From: an uncultured Chthonomonadaceae bacterium
Lineage (GTDB): Bacteria > Armatimonadota > Chthonomonadetes > Chthonomonadales > Chthonomonadaceae
DNA length: 64,000 bases
Direction of reading: 5' to 3'
Assembly: GCA_963817895.1 (NCBI GenBank)
Contig: CAWFQB010000003.1
Span: 608,001-672,000, forward strand
Shown here one piece after another: positions 42,710 through 51,630 of the stretch. Position 1 is the stretch's first letter. Every line of letters starts with the position of its first letter. The notes under the pieces are model-generated. The model was not told where the DNA came from, ran no database searches, and saw only the letters and a program-made list of their open reading frames with translations. The position numbers and the translations under genes were made by a program.

Positions 42710-43108
42710 ATGCGCGAGATTGTGGATTTGGATGCGCTGAGCCGGTGGTTTGCGGTGTTGGCGATTGTGCTGCCACTCGTGGGACTGGTTTTGGGAGCGG
42801 GGTGGGGGGCGCGGCGCGGTCAGGCGCGACAGGGAGCGGTTACGGGCGTCTGCATGGGCGCGCTGGGAACCCTGAACTGGCTGCTGTGGCTGGCGTACAA
42901 CGCGATAACCTCCCGGTTGGGTTTGGACACGGTTCGCAATGTCGTGGTGAACCTGACGTTTTTTGTGGCGGCAGGATTGGCGCTTGGCGCTGGAATTGGA
43001 CTTGCGCAGCGTCGCCTTCAACCGCTACAAACCGCGCAAAGTGAAACAGAATTGTTACCAGAAGAAACAACAGGACAGGAACCAGAAGCCTCTGAAGCAA
43101 TCCTGTAA
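42710..43108 (+). CDS. Hypothetical membrane protein (about 3 TM)
   Basis: Three hydrophobic segments and an acidic tail. Confidence 0.65.
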   Translation: MREIVDLDALSRWFAVLAIVLPLVGLVLGAGWGARRGQARQGAVTGVCMGALGTLNWLLWLAYNAITSRLGLDTVRNVVVNLTFFVAAGLALGAGIGLAQRRLQPLQTAQSETELLPEETTGQEPEASEAIL

Positions 43109-43177
43109 ATCCTGAAAAATCCTGTTAATCCTGTCTATTTACGGATTCAACGATTTCAATGAGGAGACGAGAACGAG

Positions 43178-44257
43178 ATGCCGGCAACGATTTATTACGA
43201 TACAGACGCGGATATGAACGCGCTGCGGGGCAAAAAAGTGGCGGTTATTGGCTATGGCAGCCAGGGACACGCCCACGCCCTCAACATGAAAGAGTCGGGC
43301 GTGGATGTGATTGTGGGCCTGCGTCCGGGCAAGTCTTGGGACAAGGCCGAGGGCGACGGCCATACGGTCCTGTCCGTTGCGGATGCCGCCAAAGCCGCCG
43401 ACATCATCATGATTCTGGTCAATGACGAGTACCAGTCTGCCGTATACAAAGAGTCCATTGAGGCGAATCTGTCCCCCGGCAACGCCATCGCGTTCGGGCA
43501 TGGGTTCAACATCCACTTCGGGCAGGTTGTGCCGCCGGACAACATAGACGTGTTCATGGTCGCGCCCAAAGGCCCGGGGCATCTGGTTCGGCGCGTGTAT
43601 TCGGAGGGTAAGGGCGTCCCGTGCTTGATCGCCATTCACCAGAACCACACGGGCAACGCCAAAAACATCGCGCTTGCGTATGCCAAAGCGATTGGCGGGA
43701 CGCGGGCGGGGGTGCTGGAAACCACGTTTCAGGAAGAGACGGAAACGGATTTGTTCGGCGAACAGGCCGTGCTGTGCGGCGGCACAACGTCACTGGTGAA
43801 AGCGGCCTTTGAAACGCTCGTCAATGCGGGCTATCAGCCGGAAATCGCGTACTTCGAGTGTCTGCACGAGTTGAAACTGATTGTAGACCTGATGTACGAG
43901 GCGGGCATTGCCGGGATGCGCTACTCCATTTCGGATACGGCGCAGTTCGGGGACATGACGCGCGGCCCCAAAATCATTGACGATCACGTTCGCGCCACGA
44001 TGAAGGAGACCCTGCGCCAGATTCAGTCGGGCGAATTCGCCCGCGAATGGATACTGGAAAACCGCGCGGGGCGTCCTGTCTTCAACGCGCTCAACCGGCA
44101 GGATCAGAATCATCAGATCGAGCAGGTGGGCCGCCAGTTACGTTCCATGATGAGCTGGGTGCAAAGCAACGTCGCGCAGCAGGCGACGACAACAGTAAAG
44201 CAGGAGCAGCCAGAAGCGAGCGAACGCGCCCAGCGTCTGGAATTCCGCAACGACTGA
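43178..44257 (+). CDS. ilvC: Ketol-acid reductoisomerase
   Basis: [34 protein letters not shown]. Confidence 0.97.
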   Translation: MPATIYYDTDADMNALRGKKVAVIGYGSQGHAHALNMKESGVDVIVGLRPGKSWDKAEGDGHTVLSVADAAKAADIIMILVNDEYQSAVYKESIEANLSPGNAIAFGHGFNIHFGQVVPPDNIDVFMVAPKGPGHLVRRVYSEGKGVPCLIAIHQNHTGNAKNIALAYAKAIGGTRAGVLETTFQEETETDLFGEQAVLCGGTTSLVKAAFETLVNAGYQPEIAYFECLHELKLIVDLMYEAGIAGMRYSISDTAQFGDMTRGPKIIDDHVRATMKETLRQIQSGEFAREWILENRAGRPVFNALNRQDQNHQIEQVGRQLRSMMSWVQSNVAQQATTTVKQEQPEASERAQRLEFRND

Positions 44258-44344
44258 GTGGCCTTTAGCCGCGAATGAACGCGAATAAACGCGAACATGG
44301 CTTATGAAAAACTGCTAGAATGCCTGCCGATAGGAACGCCTGTT

Positions 44345-44482
44345 TAGCGCGACGGAATTCATTCCGTCGCTGTATGGCGTTCCGCCGAGTGTCCTTCGGA
44401 CACGGAATTCTGATAATAGAGACATGTCCGAAGGACATTGGGCCGCAGGCCATATAGCGAAGGAATTCATTCCGTCGCGCCA
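44345..44482. repeat. REP-like element (copy 6, divergent)
   Basis: GACGGAATTCATTCCGTC hairpins flanking GTGTCCTTCGGACAC / TGTCCGAAGGACA. Confidence 0.8.
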
Positions 44483-44493
44483 AGATGCGGAAG

Positions 44494-44900
44494 ATGCAGA
44501 AAACAACTCTTGACAAAACTCTGCAAGAACTGGACGGTGAGGATTGGGGTGAACCGTCGTTTCCTTCGCATCTTGTTACGGAGTGCCATCGTTTGCGACG
44601 TGTGCCGTTACGTGAATTCACAGTGGAAAACCTGCGTATTGTGATCGGACAGCAGTTCTCGTTAGAGCATCTGGTTCCGCTTGCATTGAAACAACTTACG
44701 GCGAACCCATTTGTCAGCGGGGATTATTATGACGGTGATTTGCTGTTAAACGTAGCGAAAATCCCGCAGAGTTTTTGGCTTGAACACCCGCAGTTACGAG
44801 CGCAATGGCAGCCGCTTATACCCTATGCAGCAGCGGTTGAACGTTACTTGAAAGATAGTTCTTCCTGTTTTCCGACAATGATGTTTGAAGTTTCGCAAGG
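44494..44900 (+). CDS. CdiI-like contact-dependent inhibition immunity protein (3' end uncertain; ORF as read runs into leuA)
   Basis: [60 protein letters not shown] pattern, recognised from memory as CdiI_3-like. Confidence 0.7.
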
Positions 44901-44912
44901 AGCAAAAGTAGC

Positions 44913-46463
44913 ATGTCAACCCGCGTATTTATATTTGATACCACGCTGCGAGACGGCGAACAATCGCCGGGCGCGTCGCTCAATGTTGAGGAGAAGGTTG
45001 AAATTGCGCGGCAGTTGGAGCGACTCGGCGTAGATGTGATTGAAGCCGGTTTTCCTATCTCATCGCCGGGTGATTTTCAGGCGGTGCAGGCGATCAGTCG
45101 CGTGATTAAGAAGTGTACGGTCTGCGGCCTGACGCGGGCGGTGAAGAAAGATATTGACGCGGCGGGCGAGGCGCTCAAAGACGCGGTTCGGCCCCGAATT
45201 CATACCGGGCTTGGCGTGTCGGACAGCCATTTGCAGCACAAGCTCAAATTGACGCGCGAACAGGCGATGGAGCGGGGCGTCGAGGCCGTGAAACACGCCC
45301 GAACGTATGTCGAAGATGTTGAATATTTTCTGGAAGATTCGGGGCGGGCGGATAAAGACTATCTGTGCCGCGTTGTAGAGGCCGTCATTAATGCGGGCGC
45401 GACAGTTATCAACGTGCCGGATACGACCGGTTACACCATCCCCGAAGAATACGGCGCGTTGATCGCCTTCATTATGAACCGCGTTCCCAATATTGACCGA
45501 GCCATTGTGAGCGCGCACTGCCACAACGATTTAGGTATGGCGACCGCGAACAGTCTGGCGGGCGTGATGAACGGGGCGCGGCAGATCGAATGTACCATCA
45601 ACGGCATCGGGGAACGCGCGGGCAACACCAGTCTCGAAGAGGTTGTCATGGCGATGAAGGTGCGGCAGGACGCGCTGCATTGCGAAACCGCCATCAACAC
45701 GCGGGAACTGTACAAGACAAGCCGCATGGTCAGCACGTCTACGGGTATTCTCGTCCAGCCGAACAAAGCGATTGTGGGCGCGAATGCGTTTGCCCATTCC
45801 AGCGGTATTCATCAGGACGGCGTACTCAAAGAGCGCACGACGTATGAGATTATTGACCCCGCCGATGTGGGAATTATGGAGAGCAAAATCGTCCTGACGG
45901 CGCGGAGCGGGCGGGCCGCGCTGAAGCACCGGTTGGGCGAACTGGGATACACGTACACCGAGGAGCAGATTGACAAAGTGTACGTTCGGTTCCTGGACGT
46001 GGCCGACCGCAAAAAGCAGATTTATGACGGGGATTTGGAGAAGATCGCGGGAGATGAAACCAGCGCGGTGTTCCAGACTTACGAACTGATACACGTTCAG
46101 GTATCGTGCGGCGATAAAATGATACCGACCGCAACCGTGAATATTCGCGACGCGCAGGGGCGCGACCTGATCGATTCGTGTCATGGAACCGGGCCGGTGG
46201 ATGCCGTGTACCGCGCCATCAACCGCATTGCCAATGTGGAAAACGACCTGATCGAATTCAGTATTCAGGCCGTGACCGAGGGCATTGACGCGCTTGCCGA
46301 TGTGACAATCCGCATCCGGCGGGGCAACGACATTTACACGGGACGGGGGGCGCATACGGATATTGTTGTCGCCAGTGGCCGCGCCTACGTCCACGCCCTG
46401 AACAAACTGATTGCCCGCGCCACCCCCGTCACCAGCGAGAGTAACACGCTGGAACACGTCTAG
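44913..46463 (+). CDS. leuA: 2-isopropylmalate synthase
   Basis: [42 protein letters not shown]. Confidence 0.96.
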   Translation: MSTRVFIFDTTLRDGEQSPGASLNVEEKVEIARQLERLGVDVIEAGFPISSPGDFQAVQAISRVIKKCTVCGLTRAVKKDIDAAGEALKDAVRPRIHTGLGVSDSHLQHKLKLTREQAMERGVEAVKHARTYVEDVEYFLEDSGRADKDYLCRVVEAVINAGATVINVPDTTGYTIPEEYGALIAFIMNRVPNIDRAIVSAHCHNDLGMATANSLAGVMNGARQIECTINGIGERAGNTSLEEVVMAMKVRQDALHCETAINTRELYKTSRMVSTSTGILVQPNKAIVGANAFAHSSGIHQDGVLKERTTYEIIDPADVGIMESKIVLTARSGRAALKHRLGELGYTYTEEQIDKVYVRFLDVADRKKQIYDGDLEKIAGDETSAVFQTYELIHVQVSCGDKMIPTATVNIRDAQGRDLIDSCHGTGPVDAVYRAINRIANVENDLIEFSIQAVTEGIDALADVTIRIRRGNDIYTGRGAHTDIVVASGRAYVHALNKLIARATPVTSESNTLEHV

Positions 46464-46468
46464 CCGCA

Positions 46469-46528
46469 ACCACAGGAAGAACCCCGCAGGAATACAACAT
46501 GCTGTGTCCACGGGGTTCTTCCTGTGGT
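46469..46528. terminator. Long hairpin after leuA
   Basis: ACCACAGGAAGAACCCCG / CGGGGTTCTTCCTGTGGT. Confidence 0.55.
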
Positions 46529-46537
46529 ATTCGCTTT

Positions 46538-46620
46538 AGAGCCTACCCCCGATAGGCGTGAATTTGCGTCCGCAGGACGTTTGCGCTTTCTTGACGGGTA
46601 TTTTCAATACCCGGCCTGTT
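46538..46620. repeat. REP/MITE-like element (copy 7, truncated)
   Basis: AGAGCCTAC end, GCGTCCGCAGGACG, GGGTATTTTCAATACCC. Confidence 0.75.
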
Positions 46621-46629
46621 GTATTCGCT

Positions 46630-47630
46630 TTAATCCGCCATCCACCCCGTAATCACTTCCAGTCCGGGGGAACCGCTGTGGCGACCCGGCTGCAACGCAT
46701 ACTCCATTCCGGCAGGCAGGCAAAGCGTTGTGCCTGGCTGCAAACGCGCATCGGGAAATTCTCCCCGCGCGGAAGCGAGTTGCCCGTAACCGGAAACAAC
46801 GGACAGCAGCATAAAACTTTCGGGGGAGGTGGCGACCTGGGCCGAATCGTGGACGCGCCAGAACTCGGAATGGAAATACGCGCAGGATACAAGAGGGGCC
46901 GTTTCTATCGCGCCATGTATATGAAAAGCAGGCTGTGTGACGCTCATGTTGGCGCAGTTCGAAATCAATGGACAACGCGCCTTTCTCATGGTGGATTTCC
47001 CGGTCGGCGCGTTCCCAATCGTACAGCCGATACGTAATGTCGCTGTCCTGCTGAAGTTCGTAAGCCACAATGCCCGCCGTGAGCGCGTGAACCGTGCCTG
47101 CCGGCATAAAAACCACATCGCCTGCCCGAACCGGAACGCGGTTCAGGTAGCGCAGCAAATCGTTGTTGGCAAGCGCAACCCGCAGCTCTTCCCGCGAAAT
47201 ATCCGGCGCGTTCAGGCCGTAGTAGATATGCGCGTCGGGTACGGCGTCCAGAATGTACCAGAACTCAGTTTTGCCGAACGAATAGTTTTCCAGTTGCTGC
47301 GCCAGCGCGTCGTCAGGGTGTACCTGAATAGACAGGTTTTCCCGCGCATCCAGAAACTTCGCCAGCAGTGGAAATTGCGTGTAGGACGACGGCGCGAGTT
47401 CCAACGATACCCGCTCTCGCGTCCGTATTCTCCGCCTGCGCAAACCACTGTCCGAGCGTTTGCCCCTGCCATTCGCCGTTGACGATAATGCTGCCGGAAA
47501 AAGCCTCCCAACTCTCTCCCAGTTTAGCCCCTTCCGCCCCGCTGCGCCCCAGTTTGTCGGCAAGCCATCGCCCGCCCCACACCCGTTCCCGCGCGTCCGG
47601 TTTTAATTGTAAAGGATATTTTGCCGTCAC
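46630..47630 (-). CDS. manA: Type I mannose-6-phosphate isomerase (frameshifted)
   Basis: RVWGG, GESW, FPLLAKFLDA..LSIQVHPDD, GKTEFWY, GTVHAL, QQDSDITYRLYDW. Confidence 0.9.
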
Positions 47631-47691
47631 GTCTGCTTCTCTCCATACTATCTAAAACATTTTAGCCAGTCTTTTCAAGTTATTGTGACAC

Positions 47692-47724
47692 AAAACAGCC
47701 GCCTCTTTAGAGCAGAGGCGGCTG
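47692..47724 (-). terminator. Terminator of rpsF-ssb-rpsR
   Basis: CAGCCGCCTCT / AGAGGCGGCTG with a T-run on the minus strand. Confidence 0.75.
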
Positions 47725-47782
47725 CATGATTGGTAAACAAGGCTCGTTAAGTACGCGCCAGTCTGCATTTTAGCCGTTCGTC

Positions 47783-48055
47783 TTAATCAATAACGAACGG
47801 AACCAGCGCAACGTGTCGCGCCTGCTTGATCGCTTCCGTTACCATGCGCTGATGTTTGGCGCAGGTTCCTGTGGTGCGGCGGGGAACGATTTTGCCCCGG
47901 TCAGACAGCAGGCGGTTACGAAATTTGGGCATCGGCATCTGCTTGTAATCAATGGACTCGATCTTGTCCACGCAGAACATACAGACTTTGCGCCGGGGCT
48001 TTCGGAACTTATTGGGTTTCCCGCCGGTCGGGCGAGGACGCATCCCAGGAGCCAT
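47783..48055 (-). CDS. rpsR: 30S ribosomal protein S18
   Basis: RRKVCMFC, IDYK, GKIVPRRTTGTCAKHQR. Confidence 0.97.
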   Translation of the reverse strand: MAPGMRPRPTGGKPNKFRKPRRKVCMFCVDKIESIDYKQMPMPKFRNRLLSDRGKIVPRRTTGTCAKHQRMVTEAIKQARHVALVPFVID

Positions 48056-48184
48056 GGGAACTTCCCTTTCCGCAATCGCGAAACGGGGTAATCGGCAGGG
48101 TAGATACGAGATATGAGATCAAGATAGGAGTAAGAGTTTGGTATTGCAGCCTCCTCCTCGATCTCTGTATCTCGTATCTACCTC

Positions 48185-48697
48185 CTACTCATCCGCAAAA
48201 GGGTCGGATTCGTCGAGATCGTCGTCTACGGGCGGCGGCGCGGGCTTGCGTCCGCCACCGGAAGCGGCAGCGGCAGCGGGGGCCGCCGTCGGACGCGCTG
48301 CGGGTGCTGCGGTCGGGCGCGGGGCTTCCATCGCCGGTTCGCTGCCACCCTCTGCGCGCGAGGAAGCTTCGCCGTCACCCTTGCGGTCCAAGCCGTTGAT
48401 GTTATCCGCCACCACTTCGTAAGATTTGCGCTTCGTGCCGTCCTGCGCAACCCAGGAACGGGTTTGCAGACGGCCTTCAACCGAAATCAAGCGGCCTTTG
48501 TTCAGGTACTGGCTGGCAAATTCCGCCGTGCGCCGCCAGGCAACGATGTCGAAGAAGTCCGTTTCCTTCTGACCGTTCTCGTCTTTGGTAAAACGATCTA
48601 CGGCGATGGACATCTGCGCGACAGGGATGCCCTGCGGGGTGTACTTCATTTCGGGGTCACGGGTCAGGCGACCGATCAAGACGATACGATTTAACAT
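48185..48697 (-). CDS. ssb: Single-stranded DNA-binding protein
   Basis: MLNRIVLIGRLTRDPE, VEGRLQTRSW, acidic DPF tail. Confidence 0.97.
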   Translation of the reverse strand: MLNRIVLIGRLTRDPEMKYTPQGIPVAQMSIAVDRFTKDENGQKETDFFDIVAWRRTAEFASQYLNKGRLISVEGRLQTRSWVAQDGTKRKSYEVVADNINGLDRKGDGEASSRAEGGSEPAMEAPRPTAAPAARPTAAPAAAAASGGGRKPAPPPVDDDLDESDPFADE

Positions 48698-48961
48698 TTC
48701 CGACTCTCCTTTGCCCTGATGTTTGCGCCGATTATGCGCTTCGAAGCTAGTTTGTGGCTAACGCCGAAGCGTGTTCCGCAGCAACATTGCGCTGTGGCTC
48801 ACAAGCGAAAACAACGGTTCTCATGATGATGTGTATAGAATTAGCGACGCCGATTACGCCGCTCGATGATTGCTAATGGTAAACTACGGCGAAGCGCATA
48901 AAGCCGGAAAGACATGCGGGTCGCCTTAGAAAATAATCAGAAATAGTGGTCAGAGTGGAAA

Positions 48962-49276
48962 CTACTCTTCGCTGTGGTCTTGCCGCACGATGATGTGACG
49001 AATCACTTCATCGCTGATGCGGAAAATACGGTCGAGTTCCTGTGGCACGTCGGAACCGGCAGTAAAGTGCATAATCAGATACATGCCGTCTTTTTTCTTC
49101 TTGTTGTCGTGCTTGATCTCGTAAGCCAGCGGACGGCGGCCTTTTTCCCACTTGCCCGCGTCGTTGACCTCGCCCCCGCCGTCAGTTATGACCTTCCTGT
49201 ACTTCTCAAGAGTCGCGGTCAGATTTTCGTCAGACGTGTCGGCGTCTACGATGTACATCGCCTCGTAATGGCGCAT
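48962..49276 (-). CDS. rpsF: 30S ribosomal protein S6
   Basis: MRHYEAMYI, LAYEI, VIRHIIV. Confidence 0.95.
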   Translation of the reverse strand: MRHYEAMYIVDADTSDENLTATLEKYRKVITDGGGEVNDAGKWEKGRRPLAYEIKHDNKKKKDGMYLIMHFTAGSDVPQELDRIFRISDEVIRHIIVRQDHSEE

Positions 49277-49480
49277 TGCGTTTCACCTCCCCTCGGTCGG
49301 AATGGCTTTCAGAAGTGGTCAGTGGTCAGTGGTCAGTGGTCAGAAAAAGCCTCTGGTTACTAATTGTGGATGGTATCCACATCAATGTTCAGCAAAGCCA
49401 TTCCTGACCACTGACCACTGACTACTGACCACTATGAAGTGGCCTCGGCCCCGGTCTGTCCCGGAGCGGGAAGGACACGG
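49277..49480 (-). promoter_or_regulatory. S6:S18 (rpsF) ribosomal leader containing a heptamer-repeat hairpin
   Basis: Minus strand CCUUCCC-stem-CCG ... GACCGAGGGGAGGUG; (AGTGGTC)n / (GACCACT)n insert at 49315-49435. Confidence 0.65.
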
Positions 49481-49936
49481 CAGAAAACAGGTCGCGTAAA
49501 GCGTGTTTTTGCCCGAAGATGAACCCACTCACCCTCGAAAAGTGTCAATTTTACAGCGTAGTATACCTTAAACGCGCGGAAACACAAGAGAAGTTCAGGC
49601 GTGTCCTTAGCCGTGCCGTACTGTTTGTGCTGGCCTATCTAGGCTTGCGCCACCCAGAATGTCGAAATCTCCATGTAGATGATTACAATAGTGAAGGAAA
49701 AATGCGTAACAGTTTTTGAGGACGGATTCGAGGTCAGGAGGGAGGTAAGCCACAGCGCGGATTTGCGCGGTGTCCATAAGCTGCTTTTAATCTGCCTGCA
49801 CCGTTCCCAAGACGGCTGAAGAACACGTCGCTATGCCTGGAGAAGTGTGCAAGTTTTGTTCGCTTGAAGGAGAGTGCCAGCCAGTGCGGATGGTGGATTT
49901 GGACGCGGATCAGTTGGAACTTTGCTGCGCAAGCTG

Positions 49937-50452
49937 TCAGAAGTCTTCGGGGGCCTGTACAAAACTTTCTGGGCTTAGTGCCACACGCATAGTCTCGACG
50001 CTTAGTACCAAGAGCATACTGTCAGGAGCTGCCTCTCTGAAGTCCAGATCGCTGTTGAGATACCAATCCTTAGCTTTTTGGTTGAGAGCGGTCAGGAAGA
50101 GGCAATTAATCATTTTTGGTGTGGCAACTCTTAAAATCTGTCTAACAATACGCCAGAGCAGCCTTGTACCAATGTTGCGTCCCTGCTGACGCTTATCAAC
50201 TCCCAACATGTTCAACCTGACAAAGCCTACAGGCTCTACATAATCCTCATCATACGTGATACCTGTTACTGGGTCGGGGTCAATCGTGTAGAATGCAAGT
50301 ATTTGGTCTAAATCCGCTTCAGGAACTACTACCCAGGTAGTCCCATATGTCTCATCAAGTGGTTCGGAAGAACGCAAAAAGTCGTCCACCTCTGGTTCCC
50401 CACAGGTGAACGACAATCTATCGTGATGTGCAGCAATTTGTTTTACGTACAC
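49937..50452 (-). CDS. GNAT acetyltransferase toxin (AtaT/TacT-like)
   Basis: HHDRLSFTCGEPEVDDFL, AFYT, LGVDKRQQGRNIG, ALNQKAKDWY. Confidence 0.8.
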   Translation of the reverse strand: MYVKQIAAHHDRLSFTCGEPEVDDFLRSSEPLDETYGTTWVVVPEADLDQILAFYTIDPDPVTGITYDEDYVEPVGFVRLNMLGVDKRQQGRNIGTRLLWRIVRQILRVATPKMINCLFLTALNQKAKDWYLNSDLDFREAAPDSMLLVLSVETMRVALSPESFVQAPEDF

Positions 50453-50456
50453 AAGC

Positions 50457-50660
50457 TTACCAATTACAATCAGGGTTGTTAGTGACGTGGCACATGTAAT
50501 CCTTTGCACTCGCCTTCATTCTGTCAGAAGGGGGCGGCGGATTTTTCAAAATGTTCATGATGCCGTCAAATTCAGCCTTCGTAACCTTCATCGTACGTCC
50601 GCGGCCCTGAGTTGACGTCCTCAGATCGTTGGAAGAGGTGTTTTTTACCATTGTTGCCAT
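50457..50660 (-). CDS. Small DUF1778-like antitoxin
   Basis: GGAGG RBS; KVTKAEFDGIMNILKNPPPPSDRMK resembles the DUF1778 C-terminus; directly upstream of the GNAT. Confidence 0.65.
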   Translation of the reverse strand: MATMVKNTSSNDLRTSTQGRGRTMKVTKAEFDGIMNILKNPPPPSDRMKASAKDYMCHVTNNPDCNW

Positions 50661-50876
50661 AATATTCAACCTCCTGTGTCCACATGCCTGCCTGAGGAGG
50701 GACACATACTCTGACGAGCGATCCAAGACATTAGTTTCACAATTTGTGTCCCGTACCTGCCCTGCAACTGATTATCGGCAGGAGTAGGCAGAAAGTTCTC
50801 AAAGTATAGCACACATTTTGGGCTGCGACAAGCCCGCAAATGGGTCTCTTTTGCGAATTCAACATCGAAATGGGCC

Positions 50877-51044
50877 TTGTGTTCTGCTTCGCAGAACACA
50901 AGCGCGCGATCGCACATGCGCTCACACCAAACGCACGCCGATGTTCATGTAACTCAGCGGAGCTGAGTTACATGAACATCGGCATACTCAACAACTATTC
51001 GCTTCCCTGGGACTAACTAGTTAGTCCCAGGGAAGCGAATAGTT
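50877..51044. repeat. Cluster of three perfect inverted repeats
   Basis: 12-bp stem (50877-50903), 22-bp stem with GGA loop (50937-50983), 52-bp perfect palindrome (50993-51044). Confidence 0.9.
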
Positions 51045-51141
51045 ACAATTTCTGAGACCTAGCCGTATCTGCTCACCGAATTTTTGTTAAAAACGGGGAG
51101 TAGGGTTGGAAACTATGATTATCGCGCGAAACTTATTTTTA

Positions 51142-51170
51142 ATTATAGCATCGTTTCGCTTTTGTGTCAA
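51142..51170 (-). promoter_or_regulatory. Consensus sigma70 promoter pointing into the hairpin cluster
   Basis: Minus strand TTGACA-N17-(TGc)TATAAT. Confidence 0.75.
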
Positions 51171-51259
51171 GTTCAATGTTTTCAGACGAATTTTCTCATC
51201 AATGGGCTCGCGCCGCGTCTACTTTTGGAGTTTGTGGATCGCCGACTTGCTTGGGGCAA

Positions 51260-51305
51260 AGTAAAAGGGAGGCGCAGGGGAATTCCCCTGCGCCTCCCTT
51301 TTACT
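51260..51305. terminator. 46-bp perfect palindrome, probable bidirectional terminator
   Basis: AGTAAAAGGGAGGCGCAGGGGAA / TTCCCCTGCGCCTCCCTTTTACT. Confidence 0.7.
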
Positions 51306-51630
51306 CAGGTACTGAAAATCTTTAGCCATGGGCTACGAAGGCCTTGCGAGCACCCTGCTGGTTCTCAAGGCTATAGACACCTTCTTGTTCACCCCTTACG
51401 CCCCCAACAACTTCTACGCCTCCCTCAACCTCCAATACGCCTCCGAAAACTTCTACTGCGTCCCCGACAATAACAGGCGCTTCGATAACCTCGATGTCCT
51501 CTATATGTCCGACCTGACGGCGATAAAGTCCAGTAACATCCTGTTATAGCCGCTTAGCCCTGCCGCGGATGAGCTTTGATCCTCTCCGTCTGCCAATCGG
51601 CGAAGTTGTTCAAGATTTATCATCATGCTG

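Noticed and set aside
42683..43044. IlvN with a long C-terminal extension
   Set aside because: The extension overlaps a better membrane-protein ORF and is probably due to an indel near the true stop.
49833..50189. Cys-rich ORF (CKFC...CCASC) as a zinc-finger protein
   Set aside because: Mostly antisense to the GNAT toxin, no clear RBS; cannot be supported.
50877..51044. CRISPR array, integron attC sites or retron ncRNA
   Set aside because: The hairpins share no common repeat sequence, lack attC-type extrahelical bases, and no cas, integrase or reverse transcriptase gene is in the window.
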